A stretch of 64,000 nucleotides of DNA from an archaeon. Lineage in GTDB: Archaea; Nanobdellota; Nanobdellia; Woesearchaeales; JBDRAZ01. Where the stretch lies: positions 3,780 through 67,779 of the forward strand of contig JBDRAZ010000055.1 in NCBI GenBank assembly GCA_043823195.1. The letters run 5' to 3'. Both the position numbers and the translations under genes were made by a program. The notes under the pieces were generated by a model that was not told the origin of the DNA, did not search any database, and saw only the letters and a program-made list of their open reading frames with translations. Shown here in pieces: positions 19,071 through 29,187 of this stretch. How positions within the stretch are numbered: position 1 is the stretch's first letter; every line of letters starts with the position of its first letter.

Positions 19071-19805
19071 ATGATAAAAGAAGCCTTAAAGGAGCTTGGC
19101 CTTACAAACAACGAGTCAGAGGTGTACCTTAAACTGCTAAGCGTTGGCTCAGCAACAGCAAATGAGATTGCCCGCATATCCGGGCTGCACAGGCAGGCGG
19201 TGTATGATGCGCTGGACAGGCTCCTGGAAAAAGGGTTCGCCAGCTATGTCGTGAAAAACAACAAGAAGTGTTTTCAGGGAATTAGCCCTGAAAAAATCCT
19301 GGACTATCTGAAAGATAAGGAGGAAGATTTCAGGTCAGTCCTGCCTCAGCTGGCAAGGCTGACAAGGCTGCCCAAAGAGAGTACGAGTGTTGAGGTTTTC
19401 AAGGGAAAGGGCGTTATCAGGACCGTATACCGGGACATAATCAAAGAGTTTGCCACAAGGAGGGGCGAGGTGCTGCTCTCGGGGGCAGAGGAAAAAAAGT
19501 TCATGGAAGAAGACCTGATTGCCCTTAAGCAGCACATCGGGCGGCTGAAAAAAATGGGCTGCAGAGAACGGATTCTGATAAGGAAGGGCGACAGGCACCT
19601 TGTTGAAGGCAGCCAGACAGCCTACAGGTGCATAGGAAAGGAATCATTCAACCCGACACCGATGTATGTTTACAATGATACCCTTACGATAATAATCTGG
19701 GGCAACCCCAACCATGCGATCATCACAAGGAACAGGAACCTTGCTGACGCCTACAGGAAGCAGTTCAATCTGCTGTGGAAGATTGCCGGAAAGGTCAGAC
19801 AGTAA
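19071..19805 (+). CDS. TrmB-family transcriptional regulator
   Basis: The N-terminal winged helix 'LKELGLTNNESEVYLKLLSVGSATANEIARISGLHRQAVYDALDRLLEKGFASYV' is the TrmB HTH. The start is set at the Met preceded by an AT-rich TATA-like stretch (ATG at 19071) rather than the longer track ORF. Confidence 0.75.
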   Translation: MIKEALKELGLTNNESEVYLKLLSVGSATANEIARISGLHRQAVYDALDRLLEKGFASYVVKNNKKCFQGISPEKILDYLKDKEEDFRSVLPQLARLTRLPKESTSVEVFKGKGVIRTVYRDIIKEFATRRGEVLLSGAEEKKFMEEDLIALKQHIGRLKKMGCRERILIRKGDRHLVEGSQTAYRCIGKESFNPTPMYVYNDTLTIIIWGNPNHAIITRNRNLADAYRKQFNLLWKIAGKVRQ

Positions 19806-20643
19806 TTAGCAATGCTCCGCAGATCATCAGGCATGTTCCGAGAAGGCTTCCACGGATGCCTGATTCTTTGAAAAGAAAGTAACCATAGAGAACGCTGAAG
19901 AATGTGCTGAGGCGCTTAAGCGAGATGACATATGACACCAAAGCCATCTTGACAGCAACTGCTGCAGTGAACATCATGACGCCGCCTGCGGTTCCCATGA
20001 TGATGAAAAGAGGCAGGTTTTTTCTGAAATTGATCCTGCTGACCCCATTGGCAAAACTTGGCAGAAAGAGAACTGCAATAAAGACATAGCTTGCCAGGCT
20101 GAATAGCGCGGGGTCTGAATACAGTATTCCGATTTTTGAGAGGCTTGCTGTTACGCTGTAGATCACTGCAACTGCTGCAACACAAAGAGCGCCTTTGTTC
20201 TTAAGAAGAATCCTGAAGGGCTCCAGAATGCCATGGTGAGCCTCTGAGATATTGATTGCAAAGGCACCGATAACTATCAGGATTATGCCAAACACGCCGG
20301 ATATGGCGGGCTCCTCACCCAGCATGAGGTAAGATGTGAGGATCAGCAGCAGGGGAGTCAGGTTCAGGAGCGGTATGGATTTTGACAAATCAGAGCGCTG
20401 TGTTGCCCAGTACATCAGGTATGACCCCAGTGCAATCAATAGGGCATTGAGAACCATGGCCGGGTAAAACTGCCGGGCAGGCCACGAATGATCATAAAAG
20501 AACAGCGAAAGCACAAGAAAAGGGATGGCAAAGGCGAAGCGCACCCAGACGATTACCAGAGGATCAATGCCCTGCAGCTTTTTCATGGCTGCATAGACTG
20601 TTGCGTCCCCAAATCCTGCCAGAACAGAGAGTGCTGCCCACAT
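19795..20643 (-). CDS. EamA/DMT-superfamily transporter
   Basis: 282 aa. About 10 predicted TM helices in two repeated halves, typical of EamA. Confidence 0.7.
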   Translation of the reverse strand: MWAALSVLAGFGDATVYAAMKKLQGIDPLVIVWVRFAFAIPFLVLSLFFYDHSWPARQFYPAMVLNALLIALGSYLMYWATQRSDLSKSIPLLNLTPLLLILTSYLMLGEEPAISGVFGIILIVIGAFAINISEAHHGILEPFRILLKNKGALCVAAVAVIYSVTASLSKIGILYSDPALFSLASYVFIAVLFLPSFANGVSRINFRKNLPLFIIMGTAGGVMMFTAAVAVKMALVSYVISLKRLSTFFSVLYGYFLFKESGIRGSLLGTCLMICGALLITV

Positions 20644-20644
20644 G

Positions 20645-21415
20645 TCAGGTTGCGGCTTTCAGCTCCTTTAGATACTTTTCCATTTCGGCGTCATTTCTAA
20701 TGCGGTCAACCACGGCCGACCCCACAATTGCGCCGTCTGCACCTGCTGCCAAGACAGACCTAACGTGCTCTGGCCTTGATATTCCGAACCCCACGCAGAT
20801 TGGCAGGACAGTATGCTTCCTTGCCCTCCGGATAAGCTCAAGCGCGCTCTTATGAAGCGAGGCCTTTGCACCTGTTACGCCCAGCCTTGAGACCAGATAG
20901 GCAAAGCCCGTTGTCTTCTCAAGGATCATCTTCATCCTTGCCTCATCTGTAAGCGGGCTTATAATGAAGACGGTATCAACCCCCGCCTTTTCCGCTGCTT
21001 TCACGTATTCGTCAGATTCCTCTACTGGCAGATCTGCAACGAGGACCGAGTCAACGCCTGCTTTTGCTGCATCTGAATAGAACATGCCAATCCCCCTCTG
21101 AAAGATGAGATTAGCATAGACCAAAAGGCCAATGGGGATCTGCGTAAACCTGCGCACTTCAGCAATGAACCGGAAGGCAAGGTCTGTGTTTATGCCTCCT
21201 TGCAGGGCAACCCTGTCCGCTTCCTGGATTGTGGGGCCGTCTGCAATGGGGTCAGAGAATGCAAGGCCCAGCTCAAGCATGTCCGCGCTCCTGGCAAGAG
21301 TCTTTACAACCTCCAGGCTTTTGCCGTAGTCAGGATAGCCAATTACTGTAAATGGAATCAGTGCTCCGCGGCCGCTTTTTTTGAGATTCTGAAATGTTTT
21401 CTTGATTCGTTTCAT
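20645..21415 (-). CDS. trpA: tryptophan synthase alpha chain
   Basis: 'MKRIKKTFQNLKKSGRGALIPFTVIGYPDY…GLAFSDPIADGPTIQ…' TrpA signature. The start is set at the internal Met (ATG at 21413-21415). The track ORF extends further but would overlap trpB. Confidence 0.9.
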   Translation of the reverse strand: MKRIKKTFQNLKKSGRGALIPFTVIGYPDYGKSLEVVKTLARSADMLELGLAFSDPIADGPTIQEADRVALQGGINTDLAFRFIAEVRRFTQIPIGLLVYANLIFQRGIGMFYSDAAKAGVDSVLVADLPVEESDEYVKAAEKAGVDTVFIISPLTDEARMKMILEKTTGFAYLVSRLGVTGAKASLHKSALELIRRARKHTVLPICVGFGISRPEHVRSVLAAGADGAIVGSAVVDRIRNDAEMEKYLKELKAAT

Positions 21416-21426
21416 GGGATCACCTT

Positions 21427-21443
21427 TACTTACATTGTAAGTA
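21427..21443. promoter_or_regulatory. single copy of the 17-bp palindrome TACTTACATTGTAAGTA filling the trpB-trpA intergenic spacer
   Basis: Exact match to the repeat unit of the 40.2-kb array. Half-sites TACTTACA / TGTAAGTA are perfectly inverted. It lies between the trpB stop (21444) and the trpA start (21415). Confidence 0.4.
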
Positions 21444-22616
21444 TCACATCTTTTTGCCAAGCTGAGCTGCGACGTGGAACATGTCCTTGTCACCCCGCCC
21501 CGAAAGATTGATAATAACCAGGTCGTTCCTGCCGAATTTTGCCTCAATTGCATAGGCAACCGCGTGGGCGGATTCAAGCGCGGGAATGATTCCCTCCTCT
21601 GTGCTCAGGATCTTCAGGGCATCCAGGGCCTGTTTGTCTGTAGCATATGTGTATTCTGCCCGCCTGAGGTCGCGAAGCATTGCGTGCTCAGGGCCAACAG
21701 CTGAATAATCAAGCCCTGCTGAGACCGAGTGGGTGTTGTATATCTGGCCGAACTTGTCCTGCAGCACATAGGTCAGGGTCCCGTGAAGTATGCCGGGCCT
21801 TCCGAGTTTTTTGTCTGCAAAGCGCGCGGCATGCTTTCCCGAAGATATGCCGAGCCCCCCTGCCTCAACGCCGATAAGCCTCACGCCCTTGTCATGAAGA
21901 AAGCCCCTGAAAATGCCGATGGCATTGGAACCGCCGCCCACGCAGGCAATAACTGCTGCCGGGAGCCGGCCCTCTGCAGCAAGAATCTGTTCCCTTGCCT
22001 CTTTGCCAATCATCGACTGAAAATGTGCAACCATCGTCGGATAAGGATGCGGGCCAAGAACCGACCCCAGGAGGTAGTGGGTGTCCTGCACGTTTGTTGT
22101 CCAGTCCCTCAGTGCCTCGTTTATTGCGTCCTTCAGTGTTTTTGAGCCTGATTCAACAGGTGTCACCTTTGCACCCAGAAGCTCCATCCTGAATACGTTC
22201 AGCTTCTGGCGTTCCATGTCAACACTGCCCATGTAGACCTCGCACTTGAGACCGAGCTTGGCGGCGGCCGTTGCAGTTGCAACACCGTGCTGGCCTGCGC
22301 CGGTCTCTGCTATGATGCGCTTTTTTCCCATGTATTTTGCGAGAAGGGCCTGGCCGAGCGCGTTGTTGATCTTATGTGCGCCTGTATGCGCAAGGTCTTC
22401 GCGCTTCAGGTAAATCCTGTAGCCGAGCCTGTCGCTGAGCCTTTTGCAGTGTGTCAGCTGGGTAGGCCGGCCCGCGTACCCGGAAAGAAGCGCAGAGTAT
22501 TCCATCTGGAACTGCTTGTCCTTCCTGCATCTGCCAAACGCAGATTCCAGTTCCTCAAGTGCCGGCATCAGGGTTTCTGGAACAAATTTTCCCCCGTATT
22601 TTCCAAACTGCTTCAT
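21444..22616 (-). CDS. trpB: tryptophan synthase beta chain
   Basis: 390 aa. PLP-lysine region '[20 protein letters not shown]' and 'GGGSNAIG'. Confidence 0.95.
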   Translation of the reverse strand: MKQFGKYGGKFVPETLMPALEELESAFGRCRKDKQFQMEYSALLSGYAGRPTQLTHCKRLSDRLGYRIYLKREDLAHTGAHKINNALGQALLAKYMGKKRIIAETGAGQHGVATATAAAKLGLKCEVYMGSVDMERQKLNVFRMELLGAKVTPVESGSKTLKDAINEALRDWTTNVQDTHYLLGSVLGPHPYPTMVAHFQSMIGKEAREQILAAEGRLPAAVIACVGGGSNAIGIFRGFLHDKGVRLIGVEAGGLGISSGKHAARFADKKLGRPGILHGTLTYVLQDKFGQIYNTHSVSAGLDYSAVGPEHAMLRDLRRAEYTYATDKQALDALKILSTEEGIIPALESAHAVAYAIEAKFGRNDLVIINLSGRGDKDMFHVAAQLGKKM

Positions 22617-23965
22617 TTTATCACCTTAAAAAAACGCTTCATCTTTGCCTTGTCCTTTATTCCGGGACTTTGCTCAATTCCGCTGGCAACATCAACAGCA
22701 AATGGTCTGTATTTGAGGCAGCCTGAGACGTTGTCCGGATTCAGGCCCCCGGAAAGGATATACTTCCGATCAAATGTTTCAAGAAGCCCGTGGTCAAAGG
22801 ATTTGCCTGTGCCGCCATACTGGCTGCCGTGATGCGTATCAAGCAGGATCAGGCAGCTGTAGTCCTCTGCAGGTTCCAGGCTGTCTGTTATATGCAATGC
22901 CTTTATGACAGCCAGGCCAGCTGCCTGAAGCTCTGCTGCGTAGCCTGGCGACTCATTTCCTGAGAGCTGCACATAGTCCAGGAACGTTGCATCTTTTACA
23001 TTACAGGGGCATTCATCTACAAAGACGCCGACCATCGCCGGGCAGCGGATTCCGTATTTTGCCCGGACTGCAGAGATAATTTTCTTTGCCTTTGCCGGAT
23101 CAATGTACCGCGGGCTCTTTTTGTAAAAAATGAAGCCCAGGTAGTCTGCGCCAAGCTCTGCTGCATAAAGTGCGTCCTCTTTTCGTGTTAGGCCGCAAAC
23201 CTTTATGCGCGGATCCGGCCGGATCGCATCATAGATTTCCCTGACCTTGTTTCTTGTGCTGCCGGCAAGGAGGCTGGTCCCGACCAGAAATGCATCTGCG
23301 GAATCCCTCAGCCTCATGACATCATCCCTTCCCAGGATTCCGCTTTCTGAAACGATAATCCTGCCTTCGGGAATCTTTGCCGAGAGCCTAAGCGTCGTGC
23401 CAAGATCAATTTCGAGCGTATCAAGGTTGCGGTTGTTTATGCCGATTATCCCTGCTTTTGTCCTTAGCACCCTATGCAGATCCTCTTCGCTGTGGACCTC
23501 AACCAGGCAGGCCATGCCCAGATCATGTGAAATAGCAAGGAACCGCGACAGGGTCCTTAAGTCAAGCATTGCTGCGATGAGAAGCACTGCATCTGCCCCG
23601 TAATGCCTTGATTCATATAGCTGGTATTCGTCAATTATAAAGTCCTTTCTTAATACGGGCAGGGAAGTCAGTTTCCTGACCTCGCTTATGTGCCTAATGT
23701 CCCCTGAGAAGAATTTCTTATCTGTGAGAACAGAGATGGCCGATGCATAGCGGTCGTAGATGGATATGATCTTCGGGATGCTGAACTCCCTCACAATTGT
23801 CCCTTTGCTGGGCGATGCCTTTTTCAGCTCGGCAATCAAGGCGCGTTTCCTTATTGCCCCCGGGAAATCGCGAAGCGGAAGGGCAAGCCGCATCTGAGAG
23901 GGCGGCAGTGTTTTCTTCCTTTCCTTAACCTCCTTTTCCTTGTTTTGCCTGACCTTATCCAGCAT
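22613..23965 (-). CDS. trpCF: bifunctional indole-3-glycerol-phosphate synthase / phosphoribosylanthranilate isomerase (TrpC-TrpF fusion)
   Basis: The N-terminal ~255 aa carry the IGPS motifs (…[13 protein letters not shown]…, …[12 protein letters not shown]…). The C-terminal ~195 aa '[34 protein letters not shown]…' are PRAI. Confidence 0.85.
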   Translation of the reverse strand: MLDKVRQNKEKEVKERKKTLPPSQMRLALPLRDFPGAIRKRALIAELKKASPSKGTIVREFSIPKIISIYDRYASAISVLTDKKFFSGDIRHISEVRKLTSLPVLRKDFIIDEYQLYESRHYGADAVLLIAAMLDLRTLSRFLAISHDLGMACLVEVHSEEDLHRVLRTKAGIIGINNRNLDTLEIDLGTTLRLSAKIPEGRIIVSESGILGRDDVMRLRDSADAFLVGTSLLAGSTRNKVREIYDAIRPDPRIKVCGLTRKEDALYAAELGADYLGFIFYKKSPRYIDPAKAKKIISAVRAKYGIRCPAMVGVFVDECPCNVKDATFLDYVQLSGNESPGYAAELQAAGLAVIKALHITDSLEPAEDYSCLILLDTHHGSQYGGTGKSFDHGLLETFDRKYILSGGLNPDNVSGCLKYRPFAVDVASGIEQSPGIKDKAKMKRFFKVIK

Positions 23966-24965
23966 TTGTGAACTCCTTCAGTTTTTCGAGTTTTTCAAGA
24001 GCCAGTCCGTCGTCAATTGATTTTGCAGCCATTGCAACCCCCCCCCGGAAATCGTGCGCCTTTTCAGCTGCAACCAGCGCCGCGCCGGAATTTGCGAGAA
24101 CAATGTCTCTCTTCGGACCGTTTATTTCCCCCTTCAGTATGCCAAGGATTGTCTCTGCGTTTTCTTCAGGTGTCCCCCCACGGAGATCCGTAAGCGGAGC
24201 TGCCCTGAGGCCAAGGTCTTCTGCGGTGATTGTATATGCTTTAACCTGGCCGTCCCTGTATTCCGCAACTGCTGTCGGTGCGAGTGCAACCTCATCCATT
24301 CCGCTGCCGTGGACAACGAGCGCATGCCTGCAGCCGAGTTTCCCCAGCACCTCTGCAAGCGGCCGGATTAGCTTTTCATCAAAAACGCCCATCAGTTCAT
24401 ACTCTGCCCCTGCCGGATTTGTGAGGGGACCCAGAATGTTGAAGATGGTCCTTATGCCCACCTCTTTTCTCGGGCCGATAGCATACCTCATGGCCGGATG
24501 GAACTTCGGGGCGAACATGAAACCGATGCCAACTTCATTTATGCAGGCTTCAACCTGGCCAGGCTCAAGACCTATATTGACACCGAGGGCCGAAAGAACA
24601 TCAGCTGAGCCGCTTTTTGAACTCACCCCCTTGTTGCCGTGCTTGGCTACACCAATGCCGCAGCCCGCAGCAACAAATGCTGAGGCCGTAGAGATGTTGA
24701 ATGTCCCTGAAGAGTCCCCGCCGGTTCCAACCACATCCAGGAGCGGCCCGGCCGGAGAGATTTTTGCTGCCTTTTCCCTCATTACCCTTGCGCACGCTGT
24801 AATCTCATCAATCGTCTCTCCCTTAAGCCTCAGTGCAACAAGGAATGCCGCAATCTGTGCGTCTGTTGCAGAACCGCCCATGATCTGGTTCATGACATCC
24901 CCGGCATCCTGCATAGAGAGATCATCTGAATCGACCAGCTTTGCAATTGCCTCTTTAATTTCCAT
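23955..24965 (-). CDS. trpD: anthranilate phosphoribosyltransferase
   Basis: '…DVVGTGGDSSGTFNISTASAFVAAGCG…' TrpD signature. The start is set at the internal Met (MEIKEAIAKL, ATG at 24963-24965). Confidence 0.9.
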   Translation of the reverse strand: MEIKEAIAKLVDSDDLSMQDAGDVMNQIMGGSATDAQIAAFLVALRLKGETIDEITACARVMREKAAKISPAGPLLDVVGTGGDSSGTFNISTASAFVAAGCGIGVAKHGNKGVSSKSGSADVLSALGVNIGLEPGQVEACINEVGIGFMFAPKFHPAMRYAIGPRKEVGIRTIFNILGPLTNPAGAEYELMGVFDEKLIRPLAEVLGKLGCRHALVVHGSGMDEVALAPTAVAEYRDGQVKAYTITAEDLGLRAAPLTDLRGGTPEENAETILGILKGEINGPKRDIVLANSGAALVAAEKAHDFRGGVAMAAKSIDDGLALEKLEKLKEFTNAG

Positions 24966-25539
24966 TTGGGCACCTCCGGATAAGATTCTCAATGATTATG
25001 CCACCAACCGGGGTAAGAATGCTCTCCGGATGGAACTGGACGCCGCATACCGCGAATTTTTTATGCTGGACAGCCATGACAATCTTGTCTTCGGTTTCAG
25101 CTGTGATATCCAGGCAGCCGGGAATCTTCAGGCCGGAGAGCGAATGATACCGTCCTGCCTGAAATGGACTGCCTAACCCCGAGAAAATGCCTTTTGCATT
25201 ATGAAATATCCTGGACGGCTTGCCGTGGATTATTGTGGGTGCATGACCCACTACACCCCCAAAGGCCTCTACAATTGCCTGGTGGCCCAGGCAAACGCCA
25301 AAAAGCGGGATTTTGTCATGGTACTTACGAATCAGCGGAATTGAGTTTCCCGCGTCCTTGGGCGAAGACGGGCCGGGAGAGATCACAAGAAGATCGGGCC
25401 TGAACCCCTCAATTGCGTCCCTGTAGGCCTCCATGCTAATGTTGTTCCGGTAAACCCTGATGCTGCACCCCCTTTTTTCGAACTCATCAACAAGGTTAAA
25501 TGTGAAGGAGTCAAAGTTATCCACAAAGAGGACTTTCAT
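24955..25539 (-). CDS. trpG: anthranilate synthase component II (glutamine amidotransferase)
   Basis: 'MKVLFVDNFDSFTFNLV…' with the GATase triad Cys in 'GVCLGHQAI'. 194 aa. Confidence 0.9.
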   Translation of the reverse strand: MKVLFVDNFDSFTFNLVDEFEKRGCSIRVYRNNISMEAYRDAIEGFRPDLLVISPGPSSPKDAGNSIPLIRKYHDKIPLFGVCLGHQAIVEAFGGVVGHAPTIIHGKPSRIFHNAKGIFSGLGSPFQAGRYHSLSGLKIPGCLDITAETEDKIVMAVQHKKFAVCGVQFHPESILTPVGGIIIENLIRRCPNGN

Positions 25540-27131
25540 TTTTCAGCCCCCAGAGCCTTCAGGCATGCCCCGGCCTTCTTTTCAGTTTCAAGGTATTCGG
25601 ATTCGGGACTGCTGTCATAGACAACCCCTGCGCCTGCACGGATGTATGCCCTGCCGCCCTTAAGGCACATTGTGCGAATGACAATTGCGCTGTCCATGTC
25701 CCCCGAAGGCGTAAGATAGCCGACAGTGCCGCCGTAAAAGCCCCGTTTGCTTTTTTCAAGGTTTCTAATCAGCTTCATTGCCTCGACTTTAGGTGCGCCT
25801 GTGACTGTGCCCATATTCATGGTTGCCAGATAGGCGTGAAGGGCATCATAGCCTGGCTTAAGTGTGCCCCTGATATTTGAGACCAGGTGCTGCACGTGCG
25901 AGTACTTTTCCACAACAAAAGGTTCATCAACAACCCTTGTTCCGGGTATGCTGATCTTTGCAACGTCGTTTCTCGCCAGGTCAACCAGCATGACATGCTC
26001 AGCAAGCTCCTTTTCATCGATTTTGAGCTCGGTCTCGTATCTGCTGTCAAGGTCGCGGTCAATTTTTCCTTTGATTATGCCTCGGGGCTTGGTCCCTGCA
26101 ATCGGGCGCATCTCGACCGTCTTTTCCCGATCGCCTGTAACCCTGATGGCCATCTCCGGCGAGGCACCGATCAGGATTGTTTCGCTGTTAACATAAAACA
26201 TGTACGGGCTGGGGTTCAGGCTCCTGAGGCGCCTATAGATATCCAGCGGCTCGGAGTTGTAGCCTGAGACAATGGTCCTTGAAGGAACTGCCTGGAAGAC
26301 ATCGCCTGCAACAATATGCCTCTTGATTCTGGAGACAATCGCCTCATATTCGGCTTTTGTCGTGTCAGATTTCGGCCGGGGGGGGGTGTTTTTATAGGGG
26401 TGTTTCCCGGGCATCCTGCGATGTATCGTTTTCCTGTAGGACTCTATGACCCTTGTGCAGCGTTCATAGGCTGCATCACGGTCATCATCCATTATGAGCG
26501 CATTTGCTATGAAATGGGTCTTTTTCTCCTTGTGATTTATGAGAAACAGGTTGTCGCAGTAGAACATCTCATAGTCTGGTGCATCAAGTGTGTCGGCCTT
26601 GTTTTTCGGCAGGTCTTCAAACTGGTCAATAAAGTCGTATGAGATTGTCCCGAAGAGCCCGCAGTAAGGGACAAAGGGCTTGACCGTGGGCCTGAATCTG
26701 AAGGCTACGGCCCTCAGTATGTCGGCATGGGTAATGAGCTTGAGCCTCTCTTCTTCAGAGACTGATTCCCGCTGGGGCCTAAGTGTGCCCCTTATTGTTT
26801 TGCCATATTCGACATCTGCAAAGTCAAAGCTGCCATCAAGGAATTCGCAGAAGCGCCTGCCGAGGCCGTTCAGTGACCGGATCCGGAATTCATCGCCGCG
26901 GCCGGTAATCTTCAGGCAGGGGTCTGCCGTCCCGATGCTGTTCTCGCCGTATTTCGGGACTATGTCTGCGGACTCGAGAAGGATGCAGTTCGCCTTTCTG
27001 CCATAGTCTGAAAGCTTTGCGAAATACTCAATTGCGCACCTTGTCTCATCGTTTGTTTCAGTATGGACTACAGGAACAACAGTCCCTTCTTTAGCCTGCT
27101 GAATAATCTGCATCTCATGCATAGCTATCAC
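25536..27131 (-). CDS. trpE: anthranilate synthase component I
   Basis: 531 aa. C-terminal chorismate-binding domain (…GTVTGAPKVEAMKLI…, …RGFYGGTVGYL…). Confidence 0.9.
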   Translation of the reverse strand: MIAMHEMQIIQQAKEGTVVPVVHTETNDETRCAIEYFAKLSDYGRKANCILLESADIVPKYGENSIGTADPCLKITGRGDEFRIRSLNGLGRRFCEFLDGSFDFADVEYGKTIRGTLRPQRESVSEEERLKLITHADILRAVAFRFRPTVKPFVPYCGLFGTISYDFIDQFEDLPKNKADTLDAPDYEMFYCDNLFLINHKEKKTHFIANALIMDDDRDAAYERCTRVIESYRKTIHRRMPGKHPYKNTPPRPKSDTTKAEYEAIVSRIKRHIVAGDVFQAVPSRTIVSGYNSEPLDIYRRLRSLNPSPYMFYVNSETILIGASPEMAIRVTGDREKTVEMRPIAGTKPRGIIKGKIDRDLDSRYETELKIDEKELAEHVMLVDLARNDVAKISIPGTRVVDEPFVVEKYSHVQHLVSNIRGTLKPGYDALHAYLATMNMGTVTGAPKVEAMKLIRNLEKSKRGFYGGTVGYLTPSGDMDSAIVIRTMCLKGGRAYIRAGAGVVYDSSPESEYLETEKKAGACLKALGAEK

Positions 27132-27311
27132 CTGGTCGATTAGATAGTGTCGTGACTAGAAAGAGTCTCAGATGGTTAACGCCACGGACAATCACTTTTC
27201 ATTTTATGTTTATTAGAAATGTCCGGGATTATTTAAAGGTTTTGATTGGCCCTGTCACCCTCCTCGAGTAGGACAAGAAAGTATAAAAAGTAGTAAAGCC
27301 CGCCTTTTACC

Positions 27312-28298
27312 ATGGACGAAAAAGAGATGAAGAGCCAGATCAAGGGTTTTCAGCAGATAATTGAGCAGGTCAGGAAGGAGGCTGCCAGGGCTGTTGTCGG
27401 CCAGCAGGCGGCGGTCAGGTCATTCATCAGGGGGATAATCTCAAACGGCAATATCCTGGTTGAGGGTGTCCCCGGCATTGCAAAGACACTTATTGTAAGG
27501 ACCCTTTCAGTTGTGATGGGGTGTGAATTCAAGAGAATCCAATTCACGCCTGACCTTCTGCCAACAGACATAATAGGGATAAGCACATATGAAAAGGAGC
27601 GGGGGTTCTATGTCCTCAAGGGGCCAATTTTCTCAAATTTCATACTTGGAGATGAGATCAACAGGGCGCCGCCCAAGGTACAGTCAGCTCTGCTCGAAGG
27701 CATGCAGGAGAAGCAGGTAACCATTGGCAAGGAGACATTTCCGCTGCCAAAGCCATTCTTTGTGCTTGCCACACAGAACCCAATAGAGCAGCTTGGTACG
27801 TTCCCGCTGCCAGAGGCACAGCTGGACAGGTTCCTCTTCAAGATTAATGTGGGGTATCCCACGATCGAGGAGGAGCAGGAGGTCCTTGAGAGAAACATGA
27901 GCCTGCATAAGTTTGAGGATTTTAACCTTGCACCGCTCCTCAACCCCGATAAGATCATAGCCATGCAGAAGCTGGTGCAGAGCATATATCTTGACAAGAA
28001 GATTGAGATGTATATCGTAAAGATCGTCGATGCGACAAGGTATCCCAAGAAATATGGCCTGAGGATGGCAAAATACTGCGGCTGGGGTGCTTCACCAAGA
28101 GCATCAATTGGCCTCTTTATAGCCTCAAAGGCCGAGGCGCTCCTTAGGGGCGATACATTTGTGACTCCTGCGCACGTGAAAACTGTGGCACCTGACATCC
28201 TGAGGCACAGGCTGGTCGTCAATTATGAAGGCCAGTCCGAGGGCATCGGCCCGGATGACCTGATTAATGAAATTCTTACCAAGATTCCTGTTCCCTAA
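27312..28298 (+). CDS. MoxR-family AAA+ ATPase
   Basis: Walker A 'EGVPGIAKT', Walker B 'LGDEINRA', and 'ATQNPIEQ'. 328 aa. Confidence 0.9.
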   Translation: MDEKEMKSQIKGFQQIIEQVRKEAARAVVGQQAAVRSFIRGIISNGNILVEGVPGIAKTLIVRTLSVVMGCEFKRIQFTPDLLPTDIIGISTYEKERGFYVLKGPIFSNFILGDEINRAPPKVQSALLEGMQEKQVTIGKETFPLPKPFFVLATQNPIEQLGTFPLPEAQLDRFLFKINVGYPTIEEEQEVLERNMSLHKFEDFNLAPLLNPDKIIAMQKLVQSIYLDKKIEMYIVKIVDATRYPKKYGLRMAKYCGWGASPRASIGLFIASKAEALLRGDTFVTPAHVKTVAPDILRHRLVVNYEGQSEGIGPDDLINEILTKIPVP

Positions 28299-28299
28299 A

Positions 28300-29187
28300 A
28301 TGCATGAGCTAAAAGTTGACCTGAGGCCCCAGCTCAAGGATTTTGTCCTTTCGTCCTTGAGAGGAATTGAGAGCGGACAGATGTCAAAGGGCGCACAGGC
28401 AGGCATGAGAAAGGAGATGATGTTCAAGGGCAAGGGACTGGAATTTGAGAAGTTCAGGGAATTCAATCCCGGTGATGACGCCAGCAGTATTGACTGGAAG
28501 GCGAGCCTCAGGTCCGGCAGGATGCTTGTCAGGGTGTATGCCGAGGAGCGCAACAAGGACATCGTATTCTTCGTTGATGCCAGCTCATCAATGGCCTATT
28601 CCTCGTGGGGAAAAATGAAGAATGAGTATGCAGTGGAACTTGTCACGTCACTGAGCTACTCCTTCCGCAACTCAGGGGACAACACAGCGCTTGCCATGTT
28701 CTCAGACAGGCTGGTCGACACTGTGCCGCCGGAAACAGGGATCATGCAGCACACCCGCATACTGAGGTCGCTTACAAGGGTAAAAAACTATGACGGGCCG
28801 TGCAATTTCGTAAGATCAGTCAACCTGCTCATGGAGTGGCTGAAGCGGCCGGCCGTTATATTCATTGTATCTGATTTCATTGGGTTTGGTGAAGGCTGGC
28901 AGCACGCAATTGAAGCGGCTTCAGTGAACTTTGAGATAATGGGCTTGGTAATACGGGACCCGGCTGATGACATCATGCCACTGGGTGTGGGCCAGATGGT
29001 GTTCTCAGACCCGTTTACCGGGGAAGAGATTCTCGTCGACCCCGCAAAGATCAAGAGACGGTATGACCGCTACAACCAGGAGTTCAGGGATGAGATCAGG
29101 CGGGTCTTCAGGAGAATAAACACAGGGTCGGTGTTTTTCCATACCGATGATTCCTTTGTTAAACCAATAAGCGCGATGTTTGCATAA
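28300..29187 (+). CDS. DUF58 family protein (VWA-like, MoxR partner)
   Basis: '…GLEFEKFREFNPGDDASSIDWKASLRSGRMLVRVY…VFFVDASSSM…' is the DUF58 pattern. The start is placed at ATG 28300, two nt after the moxR stop. Confidence 0.8.
   Translation: MHELKVDLRPQLKDFVLSSLRGIESGQMSKGAQAGMRKEMMFKGKGLEFEKFREFNPGDDASSIDWKASLRSGRMLVRVYAEERNKDIVFFVDASSSMAYSSWGKMKNEYAVELVTSLSYSFRNSGDNTALAMFSDRLVDTVPPETGIMQHTRILRSLTRVKNYDGPCNFVRSVNLLMEWLKRPAVIFIVSDFIGFGEGWQHAIEAASVNFEIMGLVIRDPADDIMPLGVGQMVFSDPFTGEEILVDPAKIKRRYDRYNQEFRDEIRRVFRRINTGSVFFHTDDSFVKPISAMFA

Noticed and set aside
20645-21577. Longer N-terminally extended versions of trpA, pheS (to 7993), trpD (to 24992), tbp (to 34688) and TrmB (from 18945) as given by the ORF track
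   Set aside because: The extensions would overlap the upstream gene or lack homology. Internal Met codons at 21415, 7873, 24965, 34589 and 19071 give proteins starting at the conserved family N-termini.
23968-25176. 402-aa plus-strand ORF antisense to trpD/trpG, and similar long antisense ORFs (6545..7225 +, 9728..10372 +, 12000..12512 +, 33207..33881 +)
   Set aside because: The opposite strand encodes enzymes with unmistakable family signatures (TrpD, TrpG, PheS, AroC, AroA, MCM). The antisense products are Ser/Ala/Pro-rich with no motifs. They are high-GC antisense artefacts.
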